The notes under the pieces: model-generated
What the model was told of the DNA's origin: nothing
The model's input: the letters and a program-made list of their open reading frames with translations, nothing else
Databases searched by the model: none
Translations under genes and position numbers: made by a program
Shown here: in pieces, positions 12,961 through 26,593 of the stretch
Position numbering within the stretch: the first letter of the stretch is position 1
Layout: each line of letters starts with the position of its first letter
From: Camelus ferus
Lineage: Eukaryota
Direction of reading: 5' to 3'
Assembly: GCF_009834535.1 (NCBI RefSeq)
Contig: NC_045696.1
Span: forward strand, 120,406,001-120,470,000
DNA: 64,000 nt

Positions 12961-14630
12961 CCACGCCCAGCCCAGGGCTTGGAGTGTGGCAGGCACCCAG
13001 GACGGCACAGGGAGCGGATGACTGAGGTTAACCAGCCCGGGTCAGGAAGAGTCCCTCCCAAGCCAGTACAGACCCTGCCTTGTACTTTTGCTCCTGCAGT
13101 CACCCAGATTTATTAAAGGCGATTGGAGTTTTATTGTTGGCTGAAGGGAAGGGGGAAGGCAGAAAAAAATACACCCTTTTATGAATGCCCAGTCACATTC
13201 TGCAGTGAGTGAGAACCTCAGCTACCTGGCTTGATGTCAAGTGTCCAGATATTTTGAGGAGGGGAGGAGGCAGGCGGGGGATGAAAAAATATTGGCACGG
13301 AAAGTGACTTCGTCTGTGTCCTTTTGTGATATAGAGTTCTCAGTCCTCTTTTTAAAAGTCTACTCTATGGAGATATTTTAAGATGATCTTTGCCAGTTGG
13401 GGGAAAAGTTCCTATAGGGGAGTCCTATAGGATGTCAATTAGGAATATCTGAGATGAAAAGCATGACTTATAGGAAGGCTATTAGATGGCTTTTGTTAAG
13501 AATTTCTACAGTTACAGAATCAGCAGTCACTTTGCTTTTCCAAAGGAGCTATTTGACAAGTACTATGTTTAATGTAAAAATTTTCCAGCATGGTATTGTC
13601 TAAATGAAGTGTTTTAAAATACATGGATGGCCTTAAAAGCTTTCCCTTATGAAAGAAGTCATCAGCTTTCTCTCTCCTCCTTCATTTGATTCCAAAATAT
13701 TAGAAGTGCAGAGGAAAACCTGAAGAGAAAGCTTGCCTTCCACTCAAAAGTACATGTGTTTTGGATGCTGTGCCCTGAGAAACCCAATTTTAAAATGCAT
13801 GTAAATTCTTTATGGTGATCACTCATTGGAGAATTAACTTTTTTTTTTTAGTAATATAACTTCCTTTTCATAAATCCTCTCGTGAAACAATTCTCAAAAA
13901 AGGCTATTGTTAAATATAATATACAGGCAATTTCCACTTTTCATCTTCCCTTTAGATCGTCCGAATTCCAGAAAAGTTTGAATCTTTGGAATGTTTATAA
14001 AGAAATTATTTGTTTATTTATTTGCATGGACAGTTACCAAGTAACAGGCAGGTTACAAGAAGTGTGAACAAAAGTTGGTGCATTGTTGATTCATCGTATA
14101 CACAGTATACTACGGAGTCCTGCTAATATAATGGTAGTGAAAATGACTAAAAATATCTTCCTGCTCAGGAAACATCTACTGTTCCTGGAATGCCTTCGGG
14201 AAAATATGTGATTGCCAGGTGTACCACCTGCAAATACGTAAAAGTGGTCCAGACTAATGAGGGTGTGTTTGTAACCCCCAAATCACCCCTCTTACTGTCC
14301 CAAGAAATAAACACGAAGAGGAGACTTTTTATAGCATCTACTTGTGTAAGTGTCATGACTGTAAGACTTGTCCAGAGTGACAGAGTGTTGGCCAAAGTCT
14401 CTTTTCTCCCATACTGACTGTTTTGTTGTGTTTCATTGTCGTGGTTATTTAAAGTTGGAAGTGGCTCAGCTTTCCTCTGGATTGGGTCTAGGTTGAACTT
14501 AGAGACTAGCTTAGATGTTTGCTTCACCTTTCTGAGTCTTTTCTCACCCATCACAAGGAGCAGTGATACCTACCTACCTCACAGGGATGTGCGAGAAAAA
14601 ATAAGCAGGCGGCCCGTATAAAATGCCAGG

Positions 14631-14703
14631 GCAATAGCTCCATGGTGGAGCTGCGTGCTTGGCATGCACGAGGTCCTGGGTTCAATTCCCAGTACCTCCA
14701 TGT
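14631..14703 (+). mobile_element. tRNA-Ala-like retrocopy or SINE head without tail, 10-bp TSD
   Basis: AAATGCCAGG at 14621-14630 and 14704-14713 flanks ...GGTCCTGGGTTCAATTCCCAGTACCTCCA. Confidence 0.8.
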
Positions 14704-14783
14704 AAATGCCAGGTACAATATGTGCTCAATAGGTGAGGGTGATGGCGAGGGAGGTGGTAAGGCTAATAGAAATGTCCCTGGTT

Positions 14784-14918
14784 GGGGGAGGGTATTGCTC
14801 AGTGATAGAATGCTTGTCTAGCAAGCACAAAGTTTGAGGTTCAATCCTCAGTACCTCCATTAAAATAAATAAATAAACAAATACAACCTAATCACCTCCC
14901 CTCCCACCCCCCAAAAAA
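14784..14918 (+). mobile_element. tRNA-Ala-derived SINE (Vic-1-like)
   Basis: GGGGAGGGTATTGCTCAGTGATAGA head, (TAAA)n linker, AACCTAATCACCTCCCC block, A tail. Confidence 0.85.
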
Positions 14919-16794
14919 GTATACAGTGCTATATGTCAGTTAGGTCTCAGTAAAACTGGAAGGGAAAAAAATGTTTTAAATAAAAGAAAGAGTTCCTAAT
15001 AATGTATTGAGTGTTGTGGCCAATTTTATTCCATGTTTTGACCTCACTGAAATACCTTGTTTCCATGGAGTGTGACACGTGATTAAGACATTGTGTAACT
15101 CGCCAAACTTTGTATCTCCCTTTTCGCTTGGAAGTGTTCCAGTTTGCAGAGATCATTTAAGGCGAGACCTGTCACTCAGGCATGCTGCCATCCTGGAAGA
15201 GGTGTGGGAGTTGTGATTATTCCAATTTCAGTCCATATCTCTTATCTCCTGCTTTACAGTGTGGAGAAACTTTTTCTAGAGAAATCAAACTGTTCCTGCA
15301 AGTAGAAGTCTTTGAAAAATGCTCCTGGTGTTTTAGTTTCTTTGGATAACGGTTTTGTGGTAACAAAAATTATCTTCCTACTTTCAGCAGAAAGGTATTC
15401 TCTTTACATTTTCAGAATTGTAAAATAAAGCCCGCCCTGTGAAGAAACCTTAAATTCTTCAAGGGAATGGAGAATTTCTAAGGCATAGAGGATGCTTAAC
15501 AGAACAGTGAATAATTAAAAGCCAGACTTTTTAATTAAGACATAATATTAGACGGCCTTGTTCTCATTCCATCTCCAGGTTCCTCACCTTCCTTCCAAAC
15601 TTGTCTTTTCTTGGAGTGACCCCAAGATGCTTACAGGGAAATTTGGAAGAGATTACCATGAATAAAAATGGATACAGTTTGGCTAACATAAACCCTGTGT
15701 GGAAGAAAAGGTCTCTCGCACCTCTCACATCCCTACTGTTTCCCACAGTACCTAGTGCTCCACAAATGTCTGAGAAATGAATGACTTAAAATTTCGAAAG
15801 CTTGGCTGCAGGATACTTTTCATGTACATCTGGAGCCGATGTGCTTAGAAAATGCAGACAAGCCAAAGGAGGTGGTGTCACCTCTGCTCATGTCTTGGCT
15901 TCTGATCTTCAGTTTTGCTAAAGCAAGAAACAGACTCTGAATCTTACCTTTATGAGTTGTCTTGATTGACTGAGATAAACCCTAAAAGTGAACACTTTTT
16001 CTGGTTCCAAACAACAAGTCTCAGGGAATTTGCTGATTTAATTTTGCCGTGAGGAGAAAGTTTTCCCCCAGATGCTCAAACAGTGGAGTGGCTGAAGGAA
16101 GAGAGAACCTACAAACTTAATTGTCTTCTGATAACCTAAGACTTAGTCAGTCTTATGAATGAAACCTCAGCAACCCCTTCAAGTCACAAAGAGATCATAA
16201 ATACACATTTAACCACCCTTTAACCATTTATAGTTAAAGGTTGGGTATTGATTTTACTCTGAAACGTTTTTCTCATGCTTTAAGCACTATATCCTAAACT
16301 TTGGAAGGGAAAGATTTGGCCAGAGTTAGTTGGCAAAGGCCTTAGCGTTGGCCTGAAAACCCTTAAGCTAATCACTCACTGAGTCCTTTAAAAACAGCTT
16401 GATTAACATCTGGCAAAATATGGTGACTGCAACTCTCCATTGCATGAGTCCAAATACAATAGAACTTTGAAGATCAGGAGCAAGTCATAGCCACACTTGG
16501 CTATTTTTGTTTGGGGAAAAAAAAAGTGCCATGGTGTAGCCAATGGTCCATATGCCATCTTTGGTGCATATGTAAGTAAGCCAGGGGGTAGATAACTCTA
16601 TAATCACCTTTACTTCCACACTTTTCTGGGACTACAATACTAAAAGGGCGATGTTATACATTGTAGCAGCTTTCCCTAAGGCCCAGACTTTCCTCTTTTT
16701 CTGCTGGCTAGCAGAGGATGTCAGAGCCCCACCCTCATTCCTTCTGCATTCACCATTTCAGTGCTGTGGTGCAGGCTTCTTGCTTAAAGTACCT

Positions 16795-17148
16795 GTGAGA
16801 GCCGAAGGGAGCCTGGGTGACCGGAGCAGGCCAGAAGGGCCTGGGAGCAACCTTTCACCCAATTCCAGATGAAAGCTGGTGAATAAACATCCTTAGCCTT
16901 CTCACACCTTGGGGGAAGCCACTCTTGAGGTCTGACCCATCTCTTCTTCCAGAGGTGTCCAAAGGGATGTGCTCCAGCCACCCAGAATGTTCAGCCCACT
17001 TGCTCATTGACAAGATGACCTGGTTCCCTGCCCTCCCTGGGTCCCTTCCCCACTCCTCTACCAGTGCTGCCCGAGGTCACCTCCTAAATAAACCGATCAC
17101 ACAAATTCTTGTCCAGAACCTGCTTTGGGGAAGACTCAACCAACCACA
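16795..17148 (+). mobile_element. Old ERVL LTR (LTR16-like)
   Basis: 3' end ctcctaaataaacc...cttgtccagaacctgctttggggaagactcaac...aca resembles recalled LTR16 termini. A similar remnant lies at ~5310-5770. Confidence 0.5.
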
Positions 17149-17545
17149 AGCTTGCTCACTATTTGAGTAAATGCAGTGTTTCAGCTCTAAGTAGCCTGCT
17201 GATTCCATTCTAGCCCAAAAGTGAATCGAGAATGGAATTCTTGCTGTCCACACTGGAGAAGAGAATTCTGTCCCCAGCCAGTGCTGTTTCACTTGCGTCT
17301 GTGTCACTTAGCTTGTTGGTTAGGACCTCATCCTGAATTCACATCAGCTCTTTGAGAACTGTGTCGTGAGGACATGGAGGGGACGTAAGTGAGGGTTCGG
17401 TGTAACCCCATCGTTAGAGAGAGACCACAGAGAGCCCTTGGGCGAGTTGTGGGGAGTGGCTCAAACCCATGCTCCGTGAAGACGGAACTGGCTCTCAGGA
17501 TTTCTGGTGGGTGTTCCTATTACAGCTTTGGTACCATTTCTTTAC

Positions 17546-18247
17546 TGTATTAGCATTCTCCATAGAGATATGCAGATAAGGTTATCAATGATGGTAACTG
17601 GCTCACATGATTGGGGGGCTGAGAAATTCTATGATCTGTCACTTGCAAACCAGGGGACCAGGAAAGCCAGTGCTGTCATCAGTCTGAGTCTGCCTGAGAA
17701 TCACCATGGTCACCAAAGGAAAAAGGGAGAAGGAGAGATAAATTTAGGGGGGTGGGGATTAACAGATACGCACTACTGTACATAAAATAAACAAGGTCCT
17801 ACCGCATAGCACAGGGAACCATATTCAATTTCTTGTAATGACATACAATGGGAAAGAATCTGCAAAGAATATATATATGTATGTAGACGTATAACTGAAT
17901 CACTTTGCTGTACACCTGAAACTAACATTGTAAATCAACTACACTTCAATAAAAAGTTAAAAATAAATAAATAAATAAAAGAACACCAATGTCCAAGGGA
18001 GGGAGTAAATGATGGATGTTCCAGCTCAAACAAAAAGAGCCCATTCGCTCTTCTTCCACCTTTGTGTTCTAATCAGGCCCCCAATTAATGGGACGATGCC
18101 CACTGGCATTGGGGAAGGCGGTTTTCTTACTCAATCTGTCCATTCAAATACTAATCTCTTCCGGAAACACCCTCAAGGTCACACCCAGAAATAATGTTTT
18201 ACCATCCCTTAGGTCAGTCAAGTTGACACATAAAACTTACCATCACA
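17546..18247 (-). mobile_element. MLT2-type (ERVL) LTR interrupted by a + strand L1 3' end (~17701-17980)
   Basis: TGTATTAG...TTCTCCA at one end, TCAAGTTGACACATAAAA..ACCATCACA at the other. The internal L1 3'UTR ends in AATAAA plus an A-rich tail. Confidence 0.75.
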
Positions 18248-19204
18248 TTTACCAATTACTTCCGAATCCACCACCCCTCAGCCCCACCCCAAGCCAGACC
18301 TCCCCTGGGAACTCTAGACTCAGACATCTAACTGCCCACAAGGCGCTTCAGCATCTCCCCCAACAAACCCAACAAATCCCAAACGCCCTTCCTTCCCTTC
18401 TGCACAAACCCGCCCCTCGTCCTGTGACTGGCACAACCTAATGGCCCCAGCGGAAAACTCTGAAGTAGCCTCGAAGCCCTGTCGCCCTTCCTAGCCTTCG
18501 TCAACAATCCTATCCAGTCTGTCTCCCCATCTGACAATTTTATTTCCTACTGATCTCTGCAGAGTCCTCCCTGTCCTCCTCATCATCCCTGTCCCTGGTT
18601 CCCAAACACCATTCTCTCCTGCCCAGACAAACACTGCCTCCTGGTCACCTCCCTGCCTCTGGTCTCACTCCGCTCCTAGCATTTTCCATGTTTCAGCTTG
18701 AGTGAATTTCCAAAACTGTCTGCTCAGACTTTCCGGTGCTTAAATGCTCCAGTGACTTTGGATAAAAGCCAGAATCCAGAACATGGTTGCAAGTCTTCCC
18801 ACCATCCAGCATTTATCCACCTCTCCTGCCTCCCGTCTGCTTCTTTGCCACCACTTGCAATCCTATTGGTCTGCAAGGGGCCCTTGCTCTCTCTCTTACC
18901 TCCTGCCATTTGCACGTGGAATTTCCTCTCCCTAGAATAATATTCTCTACACTCTAAGTCTGGCTAACTCCTTCTCTCCCTTTAGGGCTCAGCTAATATG
19001 TCCTTGGGAGGGTGTTACTGAACCCCTCCACTAGGTCAGGTACTCCGCTCTGGGTCCCCTCTGCACCCTGGTCTTCCACGGTTCCCTGTCGAACCGTGAT
19101 GACTTTGTGGTCCATGTCACCAGGCTATCTTCTGTGCTAGCCCCTTAGGAGATGCTCAGTAAATAGCTATTTTATGAATAAATGAGCTGAAATCAGCTTC
19201 CTTC

Positions 19205-19818
19205 TGCTACAGGAAAAAAGACCGGGCGTGATGATGGCCATGTCCCAGGTCTCAGTCGAGTCCCTGGGATGCGCTCCACCAAGTGAGGGTCCTTGGCTTC
19301 ATGCAGGAAAGAATTCAAGAGCGAGTCACAGATGAGTAAAGGTAGATTTGTTCAGAGAGATACATACTCCATAGAGTGCGGGACATTTCGGAAGGCAAGA
19401 GAAAGGCCATGAGGTGCATGCAGGGTTGGGTGCTTAGTTCAAAGTAGAAGTAGGTACACACTCCATAGACAGAATGCGGGCCGTCTCACTCAGAAGGGAG
19501 AGTGGCCACGGGGTGTGGGGGTTTGTTGTTTTCATGGGCTCGGTAACTTCATATGCTAACAAGTGGGAGGATTATTCCAACTGCTTTGGAGAAGGGGGTG
19601 GGATTCTGGGAATTGGGACGTCACTTGTCCTTGGACTTTTAATGGCCAGCCTTGAAACTGTCCTGGCACCTGCGGGAGCACCATTTAGAAGCTACTGTAT
19701 TGTGATGAGCGTGTGTTGAAGCTCAAGGTCCACTGGGAGTTGACTCTTCCACCATCTCGTGCTGATGGCTGCGTCATTCTTTTGGTGGCTGTGCCCTGCC
19801 CCCTTCCCTCCTGTCTCA
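19205..19818 (-). mobile_element. Solo LTR, ERV1 class, 614 bp, 4-bp TSD CTTC
   Basis: TG...CA termini with CTTC at 19201-19204 and 19819-19822. Homologous to 27030-27569. Confidence 0.88.
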
Positions 19819-19934
19819 CTTCCTAGCTGATCACCAAGGGCAAGGCACATAAGATCTCTGAACCTTATTTATTTGTTTATTTTGTAAAATTTCCAGTCAA
19901 TTTGACCCTCAGTGTCAAAACTCTTAAAAACTGT

Positions 19935-21192
19935 TTTTTTGTTTATTTGTATATATTTTTATTGAAGTATATAGCCAGTTTACAATGTTGTGTCAATTTC
20001 TGGTGTACAGCATGTTTCAGTCATACATGAACATACATATATTCACATTCTTTTTCACCATAAGTTACCACAAGATATTGAATATAGTTCCCTGTGCTAT
20101 ACAGTATGAACTTGTTTATCTATTTTATATATATATTAGTTAGTATCTGGAAATCTTGAACTCCCAGTTTATCCCTTCCCACTCACTTCCCCCCTGGTAA
20201 CTGTAAGTTCGTTTTATATGTCTGTGAGTCTGTTTCTGTTTTATAAATAAGTTTATATGTCTTTTTTTTTTTTTTAGATTTCACATATAAGGGATATCAT
20301 ATGGTGTTTTTCTTTCTCTGGCTTACTTCACTTAGAATGACATTCTCTATGTCCATCCATGTTACTGCAAATGGCATTATTTTACTATTTTTATGGCTGA
20401 GTAATATTCCATTGTATAAATATACCACAGCTTCTTTATCCATCTGTCGATGGACATTTAGTTTCTTTCCATGTCTTGGCTTTGTAAAGACTGCTGCTAT
20501 GAACATTGGGGTGCATGTATCTCTTTTTTAACGTTCCCTCTGTATATATGCACAGGGGTGGGATTGCTGGGGTCATATGGCAAGTCTATTTTCAGTCTTT
20601 TGAGGAATCTCCACACTGTTTTCCGTAACAGCTGCACCAAACTGCATTCCCACCAGCAGTGTGGGAGGGCTCCCTTTTCTCCACAGCCTCTCCAGCATTT
20701 ATCGCTTGTGGACTTTTGAATGATGGCCATTCTGACTGATGTGAGGTAGTTTCGATTTGCATGTCTCTGATAATTAGTGATATTGAGAATTTTTTCATGT
20801 GCCTCTTGGCCAATTTTATGTCTTCATTGGAGAATTGCTTGTTTAGGTCTTCTGCCCATTTTTAGATTGGGTTGTTTGGTTTTTTTGTTATTAAGGTGTA
20901 TGAGCTGTTTATATATTCTGGAAATTAAGCCCTTGTCAGTCTCATCTTTTGCAAATATTTTCTCCCTTTCTGTAGGTTGTCTTTTTGTTTTGCTTATGGT
21001 TTCCTTTGCTGTGCAAAAGCTTGGAAGTTTAATTAGGTCCCATTTGTTAATTTTTGCTTTTATTTCTGTTGCCTGGGTAGACTGCCTTCGGAGAACATGG
21101 CTAAGATTTATGTCTGAAAAATATTTTGCCTGTGTTTTCTTCTAACAGGTTTATAGTGTCTTGTCTTATGTTTAAGTCTTTAAGCCGTGTTG
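19935..21192 (-). mobile_element. 5'-truncated L1 (3'UTR plus ORF2 C-terminus)
   Basis: Minus ORFs [33 protein letters not shown] and MFIAAVFT are L1 ORF2 C-terminal motifs. Confidence 0.92.
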
Positions 21193-22689
21193 AAAAATCC
21201 TTAAACTTTTGCACATCATTTGATCCCTATATTTCTATTTCTAGGTAAGATCGTGGTAAGAATGCTCAAAGATTTGTTTGAAGAATATTTGAAAGGACAT
21301 ATTTATAAAAAATAAAAATTGAAAGTAGCCTGATTACCCCAAAATACAGGATTAGTTAAACAAATTCTAATACACCCACACAATGAATTACTATGGAACC
21401 ATTAATAATATTTAGTGAATTGAGAATTCTCTAAATATTTAGTGACATGGAGTTCTGTGATATATTAAGTGGAAAAAGAAGTACAGAATAGTGTTGACAT
21501 CATAATATCCTTTTGGGTGGGGGGGACAGTTCCTCAATAATTTTTTTTATTGAAGTAGAGTCAATTTACAATGTTGTGTTAATTTCTGGTAAATACCATA
21601 GTGATTCAGTTGCACATATATTTTTGTTCCTTTTCCTATTCTTTTTCTTTATTTTCACATCTAAAGTGGAAACCATATCCAAGCACAGAGAGATCGAGAG
21701 TATTTGGTTGGTCGGTGCTGAATAGATGATTGTTCTTTTAGATTCAGCAAGATCAGTGTTATGCTTGACTTGACTCTGAGATGTTGTGAGCCGGTACAGT
21801 CCTCATTCCAGGATGTGTAAGTTTAAAGGGCGCTTTGGGTGGAACCCACAGGGCGGAAAGTGTCATCTAGTACAAGAATCCTGCTGTCAAGCCCTGCACA
21901 GAGGGTGTGTTTGGAAACAGAACTGATAGAATAGCATATAATGGTATCTAATTCCCTCACACGGCTTCTTCCAAATAATCCTTCTTCTCCTGGGATTTTG
22001 ACATCTGCATTTCCTGGATTAATGCCACGAATGTGGTCTCTAAACTGAGGAGTTTTTTCCAAGAATTTTGCCTTAAGAAATTATTCTCAACTGCAGGTCC
22101 CCCTTGGTTTCTGCCTCCTCCACGACTGCTGTCATTGTTCTAAAACACACCACTAAGCATCTAATTCTTGGATCTCCAAGAACTTGTGAAAATGCTCACA
22201 AACCTTAGTGCACATTTGTAGGTGATTTAACTGGGGCGGGGGGGGGGGGGAGGCAAGCACTAAACAAATTAACTGACCTGCTCTGGTCAATGATTAAGGC
22301 AAAAAACTTTTTAGATTTTAGTAATGGGGAGCCAGTTATGCACATAATTGGGGTGGAAAGGAGGGTGATAGTGCCTCGGGGAGCTGTCTGCACACGTTCA
22401 AGACTTTTGGGTGTCATTGGGTCAATCACTGTTCTGGCTCACCTACCTAAGTCTGTGGCAATCCAGTTTTCAAGTTCACTGGGCCAGGGGTGCCTGCTCA
22501 GCTCTGACACACAAAGTATGTAAATGCCCTTTATTTCTCCATCTCCCACCAAGTTGGGCACACAGTCATTTGTCAGTAACAATCGTGGTCCTAAGAAATT
22601 GTTGGTAAATGGATGGTTCATGGTGTTGTCTGTGTTTGAGACCCACCTCATAAATCCATAATTATGTACCCCTGGATGCAAAATCCTGT

Positions 22690-23210
22690 ATTTTTTTTAA
22701 TAGACTTTATTCTTTTGGAGCAGTTTCAGGTTTACAGCAGAATTGAGCAGAAAATACAGAGTTTGCACACAGCCCTCCGCACCCACACATATATGCTCCC
22801 CTACCGTCAACATCCCTCATCAGGGTGGCATATTTGGTACAATCGATGAACCAACATGGGCACATTATTATCAACCAATGTCCATAGTTTACATTAGGGT
22901 TCACTCTTGATGTTGTGCATTCTGTGGGCTTTGACAAATGCATAACAACATGCAGCCACCCTATAGTATCATACAGAATCATTTCATGGCCCTAAAAATC
23001 TCTTGTGCTCCATCTATTCATTCCTCCCTCCCTCCCTATCCCCAAACCCCTGGAAACCACGATCTTTTTGTTGTTTCTGTAGTGCATTTTCCAGAATGTC
23101 ATTTGGTTGGAATCGTACAGTTTGTAGCCTTTTCAGACTGGCTTCTTGCATTTAGTAATATGTCTCTTAAGTTTCTTCCATGTCTTTCATGGCTTGATAG
23201 ATCTTTTTTT
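22690..23210 (-). mobile_element. Older L1M-type 3' end
   Basis: ttttaatagactttatt..ttttggagcagtttcaggtttacagcagaattgagcaga; homologous to the start of the element at 45270. Confidence 0.75.
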
Positions 23211-24744
23211 TTTCACTGCACATATATTTTTTAATTTACATATATGTACTGCTCATTATTTCTAAGAACGTTTAGAGCTTTTGCTTTTTAAAATTACATA
23301 GTTATCAAAGGAATAAAGCCAATCACAAAATAAGAATCAACTCAAAAAGATACATACACCTTGCTATTAACAGCAACATTATTTATAATAATCCAAAATC
23401 CTTTAGATCGATGACTTTTTCTCCCCCAGAGCTTGAGGGTTTTCATTGCTTTGTTCATTTGTTTTATTTCTCAGCTCTCCATCAACTTTTCCAGTTTCTT
23501 CATGGAGAAAGTTGCGATTGGGCATAGACGTTCCATTCGCATCTCAACCAGCAGCTTGAAAGTGGTTGGGTTGGGGAGAGCACTGGACACCGAAGGAGAG
23601 GTTGTCATTCCTGACTTCGCATGTCTGCCAGACTCCCCGCTGAGAAAGGAGATGTGTGCCCTGCATTCACAGCTGTGGCCATGCCACCAGCCTAGCCAGC
23701 AGCAATAGGTGACAGGGCTAGAACCACCCATGGAGAGAGAGACAGTTGGCTCCAGATTTTTTTCACACAGTAGATCTTTGAATACTCCAAACTCTACATC
23801 AATTAACTCATCACTTATTAAGCACTTTTATATACGTTATCACATTTAAGTGACAACAACCCAATGAGGAAGGTGATACACTATCATTATCCCCTGTCAC
23901 TGATGAGGTCTGAGGTTTCAAGGTGCATCTGTGGCCAGTGGGTTTGAATTCATGGTGTGGTACAATCCAAGCCTTGACACTGCTACCTGTCTATTCTGCT
24001 GGGTCAGCCATAAAATGTGTGCTTCTAAAGCCTAGAAACTTCTAACACTAAAGCTCCACGTAGAGCCCTGCCTGGTCCAAATTATAGATCAGAAGTCAGG
24101 TTTTCATGGTAAGAGATGTTGACTCAATATTATTTAGGGGAGGGGAGAAAGGGAGTGTGCTCAATTCAACACGAACATAAAATCTCAGAGTGAAGATGTG
24201 AAGTAGTGACAAAACTCTGTGGGCCGAATTTCTGCCATTGAAGTTGACTCTGATGAGTATTTTTAAAAGTCCATTCTCATTTTGCTGTTTGATCTTTCAT
24301 AGGTTTCGAGAATTTCAGGGCAAAAATGGGGCTTACAAAGCATTTCAAGGATGTTTTGTAAATAGAGTGATTGGTTCCTCCTCCATCCTTCCCACAATTA
24401 AAATCTTTTAATGATTTTATCACACTTATCTCAGGATAAAGACAAATCATTCATAGATCCTGCAAAGCCATGCATGGCTGGCTACTTCTTTTCCAGCCTC
24501 ACCAAGGGCTAGGCTCCCCATGGCTCTGTGTTCTAGACATACTGGAATTGCTTTGGTTCCATGAGCACTCTGTTCTCCTTCCTGCCACAGGACATTTACA
24601 CAGGCTCTCCTCCCTCCTGGCACACACTCCTTTTGGCCTTGTTAATGCTCACCATTCCTCCAGATATCAGCTTAGACAGCAGTCCCTAAAGGAAGCCGAT
24701 CCTGACCTCTGAGTTAATCGATTCTGTTATTACATGTCAACACA

Positions 24745-25450
24745 GTATACAATAATTCAACAGATACTTATGGGACACCTTTTGATGTATAAGCCTTATT
24801 TTAGGCGCTGGAAAACGATGTGGACAAAGTCCCACCTCCAGGAAGGACATAAAGAATAAAGTCAACAAATATGTGCTAAACACGAGGGGAAGAAACAGAG
24901 GTATTTCGTGGGGTCGTGGCTGACTGTAAGGAAGCAGGAGGTTATTTTGGATGAGGTGGTCAGGAGGGCGTCTCTGAGGAGGTGACATCTGAGCAGAAAC
25001 CTGAGTGAACTTGGGAGCCAAGCAGGGCTGCCTGGGGGAAAGGACATTTTGGGGCAGGAACAACATTGGCGTGAGAACAAGGAGACCAGTGTGGCTGGGG
25101 GGTGGGGGAGGGGTGGGGGAGGGTGAAGAGGATGACAGCAGATCAGCAGATCATGGCCCGTCTCCCGCAGAGACTTGGGGGCCATGCACGGGATGTTGGC
25201 ATCTCATCTAAGCCTGATGGAAAGTCATTGGAGATTTTGAACATGGGGATATTGATCTAAGGTATGACTTGAAAGTCACTCTGATTAATGACTGGAGAAT
25301 CTATTAAGAAGGACAAAAGTCAGAACATGAAGAAGTGTCGGCGTCAGCATCGTAATCCAGGCAAGAAGCAATGGCTGCATGGACATGGGTGGGAGGTGGT
25401 GAGAGGTGGTTAGATTCGAAGATACTATTGCCCCAACTCCCTGATGGATG
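24745..25450 (-). mobile_element. L2 fragment
   Basis: attcaacagatactta...; ggaggtgacatctgagcagaaacctga; ggaaagtcattggagattttgaaca are L2-type motifs. Confidence 0.65.
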
Positions 25451-26558
25451 GGCCGCGGGGCCTTAGACAAACCTGTTCCTTACAGCATGTGGCACTGCTG
25501 TGACTACACTTCTCCATGCCGTTCTTTCAGAAATAGGATGGCTTAGAAGACCCACGAGGCAAAGACCACATCCAGTTTTCCTCACCATGGCCCACCTGCT
25601 GCCTAACTCAGGGCCTGGTATAAATAAATGAATGAATAAGTAAGTATGTCAGAACCACTAGTTTACAGATGGGGAAAATGAGTCTCTGAGAGTTTAAGTT
25701 AAAAGGCTGGCCTAAGGCCTCTTAACTTGGACTAGGACCAGTGACTCAAGCTACTTTCCCTTTTAAAGTAGATCCCCCTCCAAACTCTGTACTTTTTTAT
25801 TTGAGGGAGGAAGGGCCCACCAAAATGTACTTCAGAAGCTCCTAATGGGCGCCTCGGCTGTTTCGTCAGGAAGCCAGCACTGCTCTGTGTCACCTCTGAG
25901 ACTCTACAGGGGCCCCTTGAGTCTATGACATTTCTTCTTTCTTCCTTGGAGCTGGTCTTCTGCAGAAAAGACAATGATCTCACTGTTGGTGAGTGTTATG
26001 CCTGGGACCCGAAGGAGGTCCGCCGGAGCCCTCTGACTTGTGCTCTGTTTTAAAAGACACTGCAGCTTTGGACCAGAGCGGCTGGTGTGCTTAATCTTCA
26101 TACGAGAAGTTAGCTGTTCAAAAATGTTTACTTCCCAAGGGCATTTTGGAAAAAAAATCATTTGGAAAAAAATCAGGCTGTGATAAGGAGGGAAAAAAAG
26201 AACAGAATGCAATTAAGAGTTCCCTTGGTTCACTTGGAAAGGAAAAGCTGCCTGAAATGTAACTTTCTCAAGCGATTATCACATCCTTGGACCTCTGCCT
26301 TTCTAATTAAATTCCTGAGGTTATATGTATATATATTTTTCATTTAATGAACAGCTGGCAAAATTGGATCCTTACTCTGTGAGGTTTACCAAAGCAGTTC
26401 AGTATTTCTGAGTGATTGAACACTAATATTTAACCCCGGAATACAAAAAGAGGAAATTAAATCTAACCTAGTAGCTGCTCATCCTCTGGGAATTTCTAGA
26501 CTGCACCCTCCCTGGTCTGCATAGTAATTCGTTCTGTTCTTTTCCGTGTCAGCTGGGA

Positions 26559-26592
26559 ACACACACACACACACACACACACGCACGCACAC
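26559..26592. repeat. (CA)n microsatellite
   Basis: acacacac...acgcacgcacac read directly. Confidence 0.95.
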
Positions 26593-26593
26593 A

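Noticed and set aside
13410..13431. Doubled palindrome TCCTATAGG-GGAG-TCCTATAGGA
   Set aside because: Too short to separate from a chance micro-duplication; no supporting context.
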